Assembly (NCBI GenBank): GCA_963712115.1
Contig: CAVQGX010000021.1
Coordinates: 32,001-96,000, forward strand
Length of the DNA stretch: 64,000 nt
Source of the DNA: an uncultured delta proteobacterium
GTDB lineage: Bacteria; Desulfobacterota; Syntrophobacteria; BM002
Direction of reading: 5' to 3'
Shown in pieces: positions 1 through 10,728 of this stretch (its first letter is position 1; the number at the start of each line of letters is the position of its first letter). The position numbers were made by a program, and so were the translations under genes. The notes under the pieces were generated by a model. The model was not told the DNA's origin. It worked only from the letters and a program-made list of their open reading frames with translations, and did not search any database.

Positions 1-1100
1 ACAACGCCTTTTTGGTAATGGCAGATAAAATCACCTTGATCGACACAGTCAAACCTCCTTTCCAATCGGAGCTCTTGGGTCGAATCAGTTCTGTGGTGGA
101 TCCAAAGGAAATCGATTATGTGGTCTCCAATCATGCGGAGATGGACCACTCGGGTTCTCTGCTAGGGGTTATTGAGGCGGTGCAACCGGAAAAGGTATTT
201 GCTTCTTCTATGGGATGCAAGCACCTCCAAGAACACTTTCACTTTGATAGGGAAATTGTGGCGGTCAAGGACGGTGAGAGTCTTAGTCTTGGCAATTTGA
301 GTCTCACCTTTCTAGAGACTCGAATGCTTCACTGGCCTGACAATATGTTCAGCTACCTGGCTGAAGAGAAGTTGCTCTTTTCCCAGGACGCTTTTGGAAT
401 GCATTTGGCCACCAGTGAAAGATTTGCAGATGAGATAGATGAATCCCTTCTGGAGTATGAAGGTGCAAAATATTACGCCAATATCTTGCTCCCCATGTCT
501 GCTCTAGTAACCAAGCTGATAAAAAAGGTTGGTGAACTCAATCTTCCCATAGAAATAATCGCCTGTGACCATGGTCCTATTTGGCGCCGGGATCTCGACA
601 AGATCATTGGCTGGTATGCCAAATGGGCTGAGCAGAAACCAACGAACAAGGCGGTAGTTGTCTTTGACACCATGTGGTTTAGCACTGCAAAAATGGCGGA
701 AGCTATTGCCGAGGGCTTGATGGCTGGAGGAGCTCAGCCAAAACTGATGCCGCTCAAGTCAAATCACCGGAGTAATGTGGCAACTGAAATCCTGGATGCC
801 GGGGCGTTGGTTGTGGGCTCACCCACCCTGAACAACAACATGTATCCAACTGTTGCCGACTTGCTGACCTATCTGAAAGGACTGAAACCAAAGAATCTGG
901 TGGGTGCTGCCTTTGGTTCTTATGGGTGGAGTGGTGAAGCTGTGGGCCAGGTAAGAGGAATATTGGAAGAGATGAAGATAGACCTGGTTGATGAGGGATT
1001 ACGGGTCAAATTTGTGCCTAATGATGATGCCCTGAAGCAGTGCTACGATCTTGGGCTGAGAGTTGCGGAAAAGACCAAAGTATTGCTTGAAGCGGCATAG
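1..1100 (+). CDS. fprA: Flavodiiron protein (FprA / rubredoxin:oxygen or NO reductase), 5'-truncated by the window edge
   Basis: Metallo-beta-lactamase diiron motifs (NHAEMDHSG, LHWPD, SQDAFG, DHG) followed by a flavodoxin domain (VGSPTLNN, AFGSYGWSGEA). Confidence 0.93.
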   Translation, partial: NAFLVMADKITLIDTVKPPFQSELLGRISSVVDPKEIDYVVSNHAEMDHSGSLLGVIEAVQPEKVFASSMGCKHLQEHFHFDREIVAVKDGESLSLGNLSLTFLETRMLHWPDNMFSYLAEEKLLFSQDAFGMHLATSERFADEIDESLLEYEGAKYYANILLPMSALVTKLIKKVGELNLPIEIIACDHGPIWRRDLDKIIGWYAKWAEQKPTNKAVVVFDTMWFSTAKMAEAIAEGLMAGGAQPKLMPLKSNHRSNVATEILDAGALVVGSPTLNNNMYPTVADLLTYLKGLKPKNLVGAAFGSYGWSGEAVGQVRGILEEMKIDLVDEGLRVKFVPNDDALKQCYDLGLRVAEKTKVLLEAA

Positions 1101-1125
1101 ACAACTGAAAAGGAGGAGTGAAAAA

Positions 1126-1287
1126 ATGCAGAATTCATGGAAGTGTACGAAATGCGGCTACACATTGGAAACGGACGCACCGCCCGAAACCTGTCCATCT
1201 TGCAGTGAAAAATGTGAATTCGTCAATGTTACCTGCTACATACCAGACTGTGGTGATACAGGTAGTGATCCGCGTTTAGGATCCTGA
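1126..1287 (+). CDS. Small rubredoxin-like protein
   Basis: WKCTKCGY...PPETCPSC knuckles plus a C-terminal TCYIPDCG; RBS aggagg at 1111 supports ATG at 1126. Confidence 0.8.
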   Translation: MQNSWKCTKCGYTLETDAPPETCPSCSEKCEFVNVTCYIPDCGDTGSDPRLGS

Positions 1288-1302
1288 CGCCCCAGGGCGT
1301 CT

Positions 1303-1499
1303 CAAATCCGAATATCGAATATCGAAATACCAAACAAATTCGAAATTCGAATTACCAAATTTTCCAAACCTCTGGAGAATCTAAGATGGTATGTCTATTT
1401 TCGGACAATCGGTTGGGATAAACTAAAGGTTTTGTTTGGAATTTGGAATTTCAGTCATTTGATATTGTTTGGAATTTCGTGCTTAGGATTTCGAATTTT
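1303..1499. repeat. Intergenic 7-nt-period repeat array (atcgaat/ttcgaaa type) with an imperfect inverted partner
   Basis: caaatccgaatatcgaatatcgaaat...ttcgaaattcgaatt on the left; tttggaatttggaattt...atttcgaatttt on the right. Confidence 0.7.
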
Positions 1500-1572
1500 A
1501 TGAGTTTGTCACATTAGAATTCGCCCAACCCAATGGGTGTTTACCTGAACGAGATAACGAGAGAGACAAACG

Positions 1573-2163
1573 GTGAGCGTGAAAGTCCTTGGAATCTATG
1601 GAAGTCCGCGCAAGGGCGGCAACACTGACTTACTTCTAGATCGGATTTTGGAGGGATCGAGCCAGGCAGGTGCTGAGGTGGAGTCCCTTTATGTTCGGAG
1701 GTTAAAGATCAACGGCTGTCTGGAGTGTGGGAGCTGTGACGAAACAGGAGAATGCGCCGTTCGGGATGACATGGATAAAGTATATCCACTACTTGAGGAG
1801 GCGGACATCATCTTTCTGGCCTCGCCCAACTTCTTTTATAATGTCACTGCCCAAGTCAAACTACTGATTGACCGAAGCCAGGCCATGTGGTCCAAAAGGT
1901 TGCTGGAGAAGAGCCCCGAACAAAGACGGAGATATGATGGCGGCAAAGGCTTCCTGATCTGCGTAGGAGCCACTAAGGGAAAGAATCTATTTGTGGGGGT
2001 CGAGCTCACAGTGAAATACTTCTTCGATGCTCTGGACATGAGTTACGAGGGCGGTCTCCTTATTGACAGGGTTGAGGCAAAAGGGGAGATTCTCAAGCAC
2101 TCAGACGCCATGGATCAAGCCTTTGAACTGGGTAAGAGGGCGGTTGAAAGCATGAAAGTTTAA
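1573..2163 (+). CDS. Iron-sulfur flavoprotein (Isf) / NADPH-dependent FMN reductase family protein
   Basis: GSPRKGGNT FMN-binding loop, CLECGSC-x4-C cluster motif, ASPNFF. Confidence 0.88.
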   Translation: MSVKVLGIYGSPRKGGNTDLLLDRILEGSSQAGAEVESLYVRRLKINGCLECGSCDETGECAVRDDMDKVYPLLEEADIIFLASPNFFYNVTAQVKLLIDRSQAMWSKRLLEKSPEQRRRYDGGKGFLICVGATKGKNLFVGVELTVKYFFDALDMSYEGGLLIDRVEAKGEILKHSDAMDQAFELGKRAVESMKV

Positions 2164-2249
2164 ACCTGTTTCTCGAAGAGTTTTACCGTTCATCTTGGAG
2201 CAAGCTTTGCTTGCGATAGGATCCTTCCTGCGTGAGGAGGAAAAAACAT

Positions 2250-2687
2250 ATGGCAAGATTTCTTGTAGTTTATGCTACCAGGACCAAGTCGACCCAGGAG
2301 ATTGCAGAACTGGTTGCCGAGGGAATACGATTCAGTGGCAATGAAGCAGTGGTCGTTGACGTCAAGCAAATCAAGAGTGAGGCTGATTTTGAGGGTTACC
2401 ATGGATACGCTTTCGGATCCCCCACTTACCATGGTGAGATGTTGCAGTCAATGAAGACCATGCTTTTTCTGGCGGAAAAGGCCAAGCTGGAAGGCAAAGT
2501 GGGTGGCGCCTTCGGGGCTCACGGCTGGAGTACTGAAGCCCAGGACCGTATCTACAATACTATGAAAGAAATTTTTAAGATGGACATGACTAAAGGGCCA
2601 CTGCTGTTGAAGTCCGCTTCCCTGGGGGGTGGAGTGCAAATGGCCCATGATTATGGGAAGGAGATGGGCAGTAAATTGAGCCTCTGA
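2250..2687 (+). CDS. Flavodoxin-domain protein
   Basis: VVYATRTKST, FGSPTYHG, AFGAHGWS; RBS gaggagg upstream of ATG 2250. Confidence 0.85.
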   Translation: MARFLVVYATRTKSTQEIAELVAEGIRFSGNEAVVVDVKQIKSEADFEGYHGYAFGSPTYHGEMLQSMKTMLFLAEKAKLEGKVGGAFGAHGWSTEAQDRIYNTMKEIFKMDMTKGPLLLKSASLGGGVQMAHDYGKEMGSKLSL

Positions 2688-2875
2688 TCTGTGCCCGCCT
2701 AGAATATAATCAATCGAGATTCCTTGTCCGACGTTCTGCGGTTCTAAGAATTTTCTGCAATGGTTCCCAACCGGAAAAATCACCTCAACATATAGACTAG
2801 CGCACATGTAGTGTTTATCTTTTTCTAATAAGACATTGAAATTAGATAATTTTGATATCCAAGCACCTCAGTGTC

Positions 2876-4957
2876 ATGGAGCATAATCTAGTGGAAAAAA
2901 GACATAGTAGGAACCGTTTGATTAAGGAGAAAAGTCACTATCTCCTTCAACATGCCGAAAATCCGGTGGATTGGTACCCTTGGGGAGAGGAAGCATTCGA
3001 AAAGGCCAGAGAAGAAAATAAGCCCATATTTCTCTCCATCGGCTATTCAACCTGCCATTGGTGTCATGTGATGGCTCACGAGTCCTTCGAAGATGAAGAG
3101 GTGGCAAGTATTCTCAACAAATCTTTCGTTTCCATCAAAGTAGACAGGGAAGAACGGCCGGACGTGGACATGGTCTACATGGCAGCTTGTCAAGCTATTA
3201 CCTTGAAAGGCGGATGGCCTCTTTCAGTTTTCATGACTCCGGAAAGCAAACCATTTTTCGCCGGCACCTACTTTCCCAAGACCGGCAGGATGGGGATGCC
3301 GGGATTTTTGGATCTGGCAAACCAAATTGCCGCTGCCTGGCAAAACAACCGGGGTCCTCTTATCGAGGCCAGTGAGAAGATTACCAGAGGTATCCAGCCG
3401 AGACCGACCAAGGGCTCAATTAGCGAGCTCGATCCAGATACCTTAAAGAAAGGTTACGACCAACTGGCACAAGCCTTCGACCCCAAATGGGGGGGGTTCG
3501 GTTCGGCCCCCAAGTTTCCCACTCCCCACAATCTTACTTTTCTTTTGCGTTGGCACAAAAGAAGTGGGGAGGCGAATGCTCTGCACATGGTGGAAAAGAC
3601 CTTGGATGGTATGAGGGCTGGTGGAATATTCGATCATCTTGGCTATGGGTTTAGCCGCTACTCTGTAGATGAAAGATGGTTGGTCCCTCACTTTGAGAAG
3701 ATGCTCTACGATCAGGCCATGTTGGCCATGGCCTACACTGAGGCTTATCAATCTACCGGTGAGGCCAGGCATGGCAAAGTGGTTGACGAAATTCTAACTT
3801 ACGTCCTCCGCGACATGACTTCACCCGAGGGCGGCTTCTACACCGCAGAAGACGCGGACAGCGAGGGCAAAGAAGGGCTTTTTTACGTCTGGACTCCCGG
3901 GGAAATAAAGGACGAGCTAGGGGAAGATTTGGCTGAGCTTTTTTGCCGCTATTATGATGTAGGTACTCACGGGAACTTTGAGGATGGTCGCAGCATTCTC
4001 CACGCTCGTATACCACTAGATAAGTTCGCAGCGCGGCAGAAGATGGAAGTTGCTGAGCTTGAAAAGGTCCTGGAGGAAGGAAGAGAGAAACTCTTCTTAG
4101 CCAGGGAGAGACGTATCCATCCTCTCAAAGATGACAAGGTGCTAACCTCCTGGAATGGTTTGATGATTGCCGCTATGGCCAAGGCCTATCAGGCCCTGGG
4201 TAATCAGACCTACGTAGATGCAGCACAGCGTGCCGCTGGTTTCATCCTGGAGAATCTGAAGAAGAACCACCGACTGTTCCGGCGTTACCGGGATGGCGAC
4301 GTAGCCTACTCAGGCTACCTGGACGATTATGCAAATTTTGTCTGGGGACTCATTGAACTGTACGAGGCCACTTTTGAAATTGGTTATTTGGAAGAAGCCC
4401 TGGCCCTCAACCATACCATGATCGACCTTTTCTGGGATGAAACACACGACGGTTTTTTTTACAGCGGCACACACAATGAAGTGCTGATTAAACAGAGCAA
4501 GGAGATCTACGACGGGGCAATTCCGTCGAGCAATTCGGTTGCATTATTGAACTTGATCCGTCTTGGCCGAATAACAGGAGACGCAAATCTGGAAAAGAAG
4601 GCAGAACAGTTAGCCGGAGCTTTTGCCAACCGGATCAAGGCATATCCCTCTGCTTACACGCAATTCCTGGCAGCGTTGGATTTTCTCATCGGCCCGAGCA
4701 GGGAGATAGTTATTGTGGAAAGCCGTAACGGCCGGAGTTACAGACCATTGGTTGAGGCCATCCAAAAGCAATTTGTGCCCAATAAGGTCCTGTTGCTGCG
4801 GCCGGCCGATGAGTCAGGAGATCGCATTTCGGCTCTTGCTCCGTTTACTAAAGACCTTCGGGCACTGGGGGATCAGCCGGTGGTTCACATCTGTGAACAC
4901 CACTCTTGCCAAAATAGCCTAACAGGAGTGGAGGAACTTGACGGGGCTATTGCTTGA
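2876..4957 (+). CDS. YyaL/SPATA20-like thioredoxin-domain protein (DUF255 plus alpha/alpha toroid)
   Basis: [54 protein letters not shown]; start codon uncertain. Confidence 0.92.
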   Translation: MEHNLVEKRHSRNRLIKEKSHYLLQHAENPVDWYPWGEEAFEKAREENKPIFLSIGYSTCHWCHVMAHESFEDEEVASILNKSFVSIKVDREERPDVDMVYMAACQAITLKGGWPLSVFMTPESKPFFAGTYFPKTGRMGMPGFLDLANQIAAAWQNNRGPLIEASEKITRGIQPRPTKGSISELDPDTLKKGYDQLAQAFDPKWGGFGSAPKFPTPHNLTFLLRWHKRSGEANALHMVEKTLDGMRAGGIFDHLGYGFSRYSVDERWLVPHFEKMLYDQAMLAMAYTEAYQSTGEARHGKVVDEILTYVLRDMTSPEGGFYTAEDADSEGKEGLFYVWTPGEIKDELGEDLAELFCRYYDVGTHGNFEDGRSILHARIPLDKFAARQKMEVAELEKVLEEGREKLFLARERRIHPLKDDKVLTSWNGLMIAAMAKAYQALGNQTYVDAAQRAAGFILENLKKNHRLFRRYRDGDVAYSGYLDDYANFVWGLIELYEATFEIGYLEEALALNHTMIDLFWDETHDGFFYSGTHNEVLIKQSKEIYDGAIPSSNSVALLNLIRLGRITGDANLEKKAEQLAGAFANRIKAYPSAYTQFLAALDFLIGPSREIVIVESRNGRSYRPLVEAIQKQFVPNKVLLLRPADESGDRISALAPFTKDLRALGDQPVVHICEHHSCQNSLTGVEELDGAIA

Positions 4958-4991
4958 AATATCCGGGTTAAGAAAAAGGAAGGAGAAAGTT

Positions 4992-5243
4992 ATGCACGAC
5001 AAAAAAGAATTATGTGAGAAAATCAAATCCATTTATCCTGATATCGGTGAATGTGGCATTGAGGTTGATGTGGACTACAACGAAACTAAGAAAGCTTGGG
5101 TCGTTGATTTAAAACATGGGGAGCATCATCTGTCGACCTATATTGAACCGGAAGATGCCGACGCCTGCATGGAAGGGAAAGAGTGCGTATATCTGGGCAC
5201 TCAGGTTGCTCAGCTTGCAGCCAACGTAAAGAGACAAACTTAA
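4992..5243 (+). CDS. Small conserved hypothetical protein (Cys-containing)
   Basis: Strong RBS aaggaaggag; YPDIGECGI...CMEGKECV; follows YyaL in the same direction. Confidence 0.7.
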   Translation: MHDKKELCEKIKSIYPDIGECGIEVDVDYNETKKAWVVDLKHGEHHLSTYIEPEDADACMEGKECVYLGTQVAQLAANVKRQT

Positions 5244-5272
5244 ATTATTGTAGAAACTGCGCAAGAGCAAAT

Positions 5273-5310
5273 AAAAGGGCGGGTCTAAACCCCGCCAATT
5301 TTGTTTAGTT
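5273..5310. terminator. Probable bidirectional intrinsic terminator
   Basis: GC hairpin ggcgggg/ccccgcc flanked by A-rich and T-rich tracts between convergent genes. Confidence 0.55.
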
Positions 5311-5348
5311 TTATTCTGCCAGCTCTGAGCTGCCTGCTGCCTGCTATA

Positions 5349-5858
5349 TCACCCTCCCCAGGGCATGCTGGCGTAAACAGCGGAGAGTTTGTCTCGGTAT
5401 TCTTTAAAAAAATTCTGGTGAGCCTTTTCCCAACGGGCGAGCATAGCAAAGGCCTCACTGTCGGATCCTTCTGTTTTGCTTGCCGCATTGGAGTAGAATT
5501 CACTCAGATCTTTTTCAATCAGCCAGGCGGTGTTAAAGACGGTGACGTCCGGAACCATGGAGCCCTCGACGCACTGTTCTAGAAATTCAGACTTGGCCCT
5601 TTCATCGAAGTAATTGGTGGGCTCCAGCACGAATTCTTGCACTGCCACGAGATCCAGGTCCCCACCCTTCTTGAGGTTTTCAATAATATGACTAATAAAG
5701 AGGATGTGTTTCTCCTCTTCTTGAATCAATCTCTTGAAGGCGCTTACCGCAGCCCCGATTCCCATTCTGTCTAGGGAAGTCTTAAAGAAACTCATCCCAG
5801 TTTGTTCCTGATTCAGCGCGTACTCGTAGACCTTGATTAGATTCTCCTTAGTCGACAT
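5349..5858 (-). CDS. Ferritin-like / rubrerythrin-family protein
   Basis: Two helix-pair diiron motifs: ALNQE...EEEKH and AWLIE...WEKAH. Confidence 0.85.
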   Translation of the reverse strand: MSTKENLIKVYEYALNQEQTGMSFFKTSLDRMGIGAAVSAFKRLIQEEEKHILFISHIIENLKKGGDLDLVAVQEFVLEPTNYFDERAKSEFLEQCVEGSMVPDVTVFNTAWLIEKDLSEFYSNAASKTEGSDSEAFAMLARWEKAHQNFFKEYRDKLSAVYASMPWGG

Positions 5859-5963
5859 TTAAAATCCTCCTATCTCATTGCCATCACAACGTTATCGCAG
5901 ACGAAGTATAACCCAATCCCAGGGGCATAGCAATGTTGATTTATAAGCGCATAGCGTAGAAGG

Positions 5964-6082
5964 TCAATCGTTTAAGCCGTTCAAATCGTTAAAGTCGTAG
6001 AAATCGTAGAAGCCGCGAAAGTCGTGGAATTCGCACTTTTAATTTCAAAATCCGCAATCAGAAATCCGCAATCAGAAATCCC
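5964..6082. repeat. Degenerate 9-mer tandem array (7 units) followed by a 7-mer array (aatccgc/aatcaga)
   Basis: tcaatcgtt taagccgtt caaatcgtt aaagtcgta gaaatcgta gaagccgcg aaagtcgtg; then aaatccgcaatcagaaatccgcaatcagaaat. Confidence 0.75.
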
Positions 6083-6181
6083 ATATCGTGGGTTGCATAT
6101 GACCATGACCGTGTTTATATGAGCAGATATGCAGTTATGGACCAAGGGCAAATGATTAAAGGGGGCCGCTAAGACCAGAAA

Positions 6182-6868
6182 ATGGAAAAGACCAACAGGA
6201 AATTGAGGGGGCGGAACCTCAAAAGAAAAGTTCTTGATCTGCTCAGGGCTGAGGATATCAGTCAAGGGTTGGAGGAAATTGGTTCACTCCCGGGTCGTCG
6301 AGTGATTAACCCGCTGTTTTCCTTTTTGTGCAGTACTGATCCACAAGTGAAATGGCGAGCTGTAAAGTCCATAGGAGAGGTGGTGAAGAATATTGCAGAA
6401 GAAGATATGGAGTCAGCCAGGGTGATAATGAGGCGAATGATGTGGAATTTGAACGATGAATCGGGAGGCATTGGTTGGGGACTGCCGGAGGCCATGGGAG
6501 AGGTCATGGCTCAGCATCAGGGCTTGGCCGGTGAATATGTAATGATTTTGAAATCCTATATACGAGAAGACGGCAACTTCCTCGAGCACGAACCCTTACA
6601 GCGAGGTGTACTCTGGGGCTTAGGAAGGCTGGCTCAGGAGAGGCCAGAGTTACTCAAAAATGCAATACCCCATGTGCGGCCCTTTCTTTCATCTGCAGAT
6701 GCAGTTCTAAGAGGTCTGGCCGCCTGGACCATGGGATTACTTGGTGGTAGTCAGGGAGATCCCGCTCTGACGGCCTTAGAAAGTGATGAGACTGAGGTTA
6801 CCCTCTACTTGAACGGAACAGAGCGTAGTTATCGGATAAGCGAACTAGCAAGAAAAGCAAGAGGCTAG
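6182..6868 (+). CDS. HEAT-repeat protein, DVU0298-like family
   Basis: ARVIMRRMMWNLNDESGGIGWGLPEAMGE signature; HEAT-like helical repeats. Confidence 0.8.
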   Translation: MEKTNRKLRGRNLKRKVLDLLRAEDISQGLEEIGSLPGRRVINPLFSFLCSTDPQVKWRAVKSIGEVVKNIAEEDMESARVIMRRMMWNLNDESGGIGWGLPEAMGEVMAQHQGLAGEYVMILKSYIREDGNFLEHEPLQRGVLWGLGRLAQERPELLKNAIPHVRPFLSSADAVLRGLAAWTMGLLGGSQGDPALTALESDETEVTLYLNGTERSYRISELARKARG

Positions 6869-6991
6869 ATACTGGTCACTGGATACTAGACACTTGATCA
6901 TAGTTATTGGGACTTGAGAAATGTTTTTGGTATCTATTCAATCCAGAATCTAGAATCCAGAAACCAGCATCTAGAATTAGGAGGTATGAAA

Positions 6992-7371
6992 ATGAACCTG
7001 AGAGAATATTTTGAATCTGTGAAAGGTCGAGGCGTGCTCGCTACAGCAGACGGAGGCGGCAAGGTGGATGCGGCAATGTATGCCACTCCCCATTTCATAG
7101 ACGATGAGACAATTGCCTTCATCATGCGCGACCGGTTGACCCACAATAATCTGCAGTCCAACCCACACGCAGCCTATCTTTTTATGGAGTCAGGCCAGAA
7201 GTTTGCCGGCAAAAGACTGTTTCTAACCAAAACAAGGGAAGAGCAGGATAGCGAACTTCTTTACTCCCTGCGGAGAAAAAAGTATTCTGCCGAGAAGAAT
7301 GAGCCAAATTCTTAGTTTTTTTTCAAATCGATAAGGTTTTACCACTCATCGGCTCTGGAGATGAAGTCTAA
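6992..7371 (+). CDS. Pyridoxamine 5'-phosphate oxidase-like FMN-binding protein; apparent 1-nt frameshift near 7308
   Basis: GVLATADGGGKVDAAMYATPH, NLQSNPHAAYLF; an alternate frame continues FLVFFQIDKVLPLIGSGDEV* to 7371. Confidence 0.75.
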
Positions 7372-7500
7372 TCCTTTCAAAGGGTTAGATACTGACAGCT
7401 TAGCCCGAAAAGTGTGTTGCCTTTGCATGTGTCTTATGTCACAATTCCCGGCAGTAAATCCTTTAAACCACAACCGGGGAATGAGAAAAGGGGATTTGTT

Positions 7501-7758
7501 ATGACTCAAGATTCCGTTAAGATGTACTCGCTGAGCACCTGTAGTCACTGCAAATCTGTTAAGAAATTACTTGATGAGTGCACCGTGAAGTATGAATTTA
7601 CCGACGTGGATCTGCTCAAGGGTAAAGAACGTCAGGCCATCCTGGAGGATGTGAAGAAGTTCAATCCGAACTGTTCTTTCCCCACCATTATCATTGGCGA
7701 AAAGATAATTGTCGGCTACAAGGAAAAAGAGATCAAAGAAGCTCTGGGGTTAGGATGA
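7501..7758 (+). CDS. Glutaredoxin / NrdH-like redoxin
   Basis: STCSHC active site, SFPTIII cis-Pro motif, IVGY. Confidence 0.9.
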   Translation: MTQDSVKMYSLSTCSHCKSVKKLLDECTVKYEFTDVDLLKGKERQAILEDVKKFNPNCSFPTIIIGEKIIVGYKEKEIKEALGLG

Positions 7759-8090
7759 TGGACGTTGAAAAGCTCTATGAAGGGTTACGTAAGGTACAGG
7801 AGGCCAAAGGTTACTACTTCAACAAGGATAAAGAGAGAACCTTTGAACTTTTAGAAAATCTTATTATCAACAAGGACCGCTATGGCTACATGGCATGTCC
7901 CTGCCGGTTGGCGAGTGGTGACCGCGAATGGGATAAAGACATAATCTGTCCGTGCCTCTATCGCGAGCCTGACGTGGAGGAATACGGCAGTTGCTACTGC
8001 AACCTTTATGTCACCCAGGAGTGGAATGAAGAGAAAATTCCTCGCGAATACGTGCCGGAGCGGAGACCTCCGGAAAAAATTCGGTTCTGA
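7755..8090 (+). CDS. Ferredoxin:thioredoxin reductase catalytic-subunit-like protein (ferredoxin:glutaredoxin reductase)
   Basis: CPC, CPC and CYC motifs; ATGA overlap with the glutaredoxin gene. Confidence 0.9.
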   Translation: MMDVEKLYEGLRKVQEAKGYYFNKDKERTFELLENLIINKDRYGYMACPCRLASGDREWDKDIICPCLYREPDVEEYGSCYCNLYVTQEWNEEKIPREYVPERRPPEKIRF

Positions 8091-8249
8091 TAGAGTCCGG
8101 ACTTTGTATCCGGTCCTGTGCCGCGATTCAGAGTGAACCGCGGCACCCCACCTCAAATATCCCGCAGGTATAAAACCCACCCATCTTCACGGTCGCAGTC
8201 ACGCCAGGGCGTGAATTCATTAAATATCCGGGCTGAATATTGAGAGTAA

Positions 8250-9155
8250 ATGAGCCAAAGTAATAAAATAATTATTTATCTAAAGCTATTTGTGACTGCC
8301 ATTCTTTGGGGGGGAACCTTCATTGCCGGTAGGGTAGTTGCAAGAGAGGTTGGCCCCTTCTCTGCTGCTTTCCTTAGATTCGCTGTAGCCTCTATTTTCC
8401 TTCTCTTTATTACCTATAAGGTCGAAAAAAGGCTTCCTCCGGTGAAGAAAGGACAGGTGATTCCTCTGATTCTTCTTGGAATGACCGGAGTATTCTCGTA
8501 CAACGTCTTTTTCTTCAAGGGACTCAAAATCATCCATGCGGGCAGAGCCTCCGTGATTATAGCCAGTAATCCCGTGTTTATTGCTCTTTTTGCTTCTTAC
8601 CTTTTTAAAGAAAAGTTGAGTTTTACCAAGTTTGCCGGAATTATCATTTCAGTAACCGGAGCAATAGTTGTAATTTCAAGGGGTAATCCCATGGAACTTT
8701 TTAAGGGAAACGCTGGTTTAGGTGAGGTCTTCATTTTTTGCTGTGTTGTGAGTTGGGTGGCCTACTCTTTGATTGGCAAAGCAGTGATGAAAGACCTTTC
8801 TCCACTAGTTTCCGTATCTTACTCCTCCGTGGTCGGTGCAGTCGGCTTATTTATTCCAGCCTATTTGGAGGGTATGGTTCAGCATTTTTCCCATTACACT
8901 AAAATAGAATGGTTAGGTATTTTCTACCTGGGGTTTTTCGGCACCGTCGTCGGGTTTGTTTGGTACTACGAGGGAATAAAGGCCATTGGTGCCACGAAGG
9001 CGAGCCAGTTTATTAATTTCGTTCCAATAAGTGCTGTTGTACTTGCTTTTTTCTTGCTAGCCGAACCCGTCACTTCTTCTCTGGTGATTGGGACATTAAT
9101 GGTCTGTGCTGGAGTTTACTTGACCAATTCAACTTATGTGAGAAAAGGAATATAA
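8250..9155 (+). CDS. EamA/DMT family transporter
   Basis: LWGGTFIAGR, AFLRF, about 10 TM helices in two EamA repeats. Confidence 0.9.
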   Translation: MSQSNKIIIYLKLFVTAILWGGTFIAGRVVAREVGPFSAAFLRFAVASIFLLFITYKVEKRLPPVKKGQVIPLILLGMTGVFSYNVFFFKGLKIIHAGRASVIIASNPVFIALFASYLFKEKLSFTKFAGIIISVTGAIVVISRGNPMELFKGNAGLGEVFIFCCVVSWVAYSLIGKAVMKDLSPLVSVSYSSVVGAVGLFIPAYLEGMVQHFSHYTKIEWLGIFYLGFFGTVVGFVWYYEGIKAIGATKASQFINFVPISAVVLAFFLLAEPVTSSLVIGTLMVCAGVYLTNSTYVRKGI

Positions 9156-9223
9156 TTGGTTGGCGAATACCAGCGCTTTCCTTATCATCCCTGAGCCCAC
9201 AACTCGTTTCAGGAGAAATTGCC

Positions 9224-10549
9224 GTGAAATATCCCCAGATCAAAAGCCCTCTACCAGGTCCCAGAGTCAAGAGACTCATTGAGGTTGACCGCGAGTTCGT
9301 ATCGCCCTCGTACACCAGAATCTATCCTTTGGTGGCTGAGTCTGCTCAAGGGCTATGGATAAATGATCCTGATGGTAATACTTTTCTCGATTTTACTTCC
9401 GGCATAGCGGTCTGCGCTACCGGTCACTGCCACCCAAAGGTTGTGGCAGCCATAAAGAAGCAAGCGGACAGGCTCCTTCACATGTCGGGTACCGATTTCT
9501 ATTACACACCCCAAATCATGTTGTCACAAAAGCTTGCCAGTCTCGCCCCTGGGTCCGGCGGCTATAAGGTCTATTTCGGCAACTCCGGCGCAGAAGCGGT
9601 TGAGGCAGCTTTCAAGCTGGCTCGCTGGCATACCCGCCGGGAGCTAAATCTGGCCTTTTTCGGTGCTTTCCATGGTCGTACCATGGGAGCTTTGTCCCTC
9701 ACTGCAAGTAAGACCATCCAGAAAAAGCACTACAATCCTCTGGTGCCGGGCATAACTCACATTCCATATGCCTATTGCTACCGCTGCCCTTACCACCTGT
9801 GCTACCCCGCCTGCGGGATAGCTTGCGTGCATTGGCTGGAAGAGACTCTCTTTCGTACCACCGTGCCGCCGGAGGAAGTGGCGGCCATATTTGTCGAACC
9901 TATACAAGGTGAGGGTGGTTACATCGTGCCTCCTCCCGAATTCCACCGGGAACTCAATAAGATAGCCAAAAAGTATGGCATTCTCTATGTGGCCGATGAA
10001 GTACAATCAGGCATGGGTCGCACCGGGAAAATGTTCGCCATGGAACATTTTGAGGTTGCAGCTGATATCATTGCCCTTGCCAAGGGCATTGCATCTGGTT
10101 TGCCCTTGGGCGCTATGGTGGCCCGGGCGGACATCATGAACTGGGAAGCAGGCTCCCATGCCTCCACCTTCGGCGGCAACCCTATCTCTTGTGAGGCAGC
10201 CCTAGCCACCATTGAACTTCTGGAAGAAGAGCTTATGGACAACGCCAGCGAACGGGGTGATCAACTCATGGGGGGGCTGGCAGAGCTGCAAAAATCCATT
10301 GAATGCATCGGTGATGTTAGAGGCATGGGTTTGATGATCGGCGTTGAGCTGGTGAAGGACCGCGAAACCAAGGAGCGAGCAGGTGACTGGCGAGACCAGC
10401 TTATCCAAAAGGCTTTTCACAAGGGTTTGCTTTTACTTGGTTGCGGCCAAAACACAATCCGAATCTGCCCGCCACTTACAGTAAGTAGTGAGGAAGCTGC
10501 GGTATTCCTCGACATATTTGAAGAAAGCCTGAGGGAACTATTCAACTAA
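9224..10549 (+). CDS. Class-III PLP aminotransferase (4-aminobutyrate/ornithine/lysine omega-aminotransferase type)
   Basis: NSGAEAVEAA, FHGRTMG, VEPIQGEGG, ADEVQSGMGRTG, ALAKGIASG (PLP Lys), ASTFGGNP. Confidence 0.9.
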   Translation: MKYPQIKSPLPGPRVKRLIEVDREFVSPSYTRIYPLVAESAQGLWINDPDGNTFLDFTSGIAVCATGHCHPKVVAAIKKQADRLLHMSGTDFYYTPQIMLSQKLASLAPGSGGYKVYFGNSGAEAVEAAFKLARWHTRRELNLAFFGAFHGRTMGALSLTASKTIQKKHYNPLVPGITHIPYAYCYRCPYHLCYPACGIACVHWLEETLFRTTVPPEEVAAIFVEPIQGEGGYIVPPPEFHRELNKIAKKYGILYVADEVQSGMGRTGKMFAMEHFEVAADIIALAKGIASGLPLGAMVARADIMNWEAGSHASTFGGNPISCEAALATIELLEEELMDNASERGDQLMGGLAELQKSIECIGDVRGMGLMIGVELVKDRETKERAGDWRDQLIQKAFHKGLLLLGCGQNTIRICPPLTVSSEEAAVFLDIFEESLRELFN

Positions 10550-10550
10550 C

Positions 10551-10703
10551 GGGCACAAGGCGCAAGGTATAGGGCACAAGGGATAAAATGAAATCTAACA
10601 ATAGGAGTCATAATTCAGGAGCCAGGAGGTCTGAGATCGATTCTAGAATCTCCTGGATTCTGGCTCCTGGATTCTAGATTCTCTATCTTATGCCCTGCGC
10701 CCC
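10551..10703. repeat. Nested 7-mer inverted arrays (gcacaag outer; caggagc/ctcctgg inner)
   Basis: gggcacaaggcgcaagg...aggagtcataattcaggagccaggag...ctcctggattctggctcctgg...ccctgcgccc. Confidence 0.65.
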
Positions 10704-10728
10704 AAGGCGACTGGATCAGGAGTAGCCC

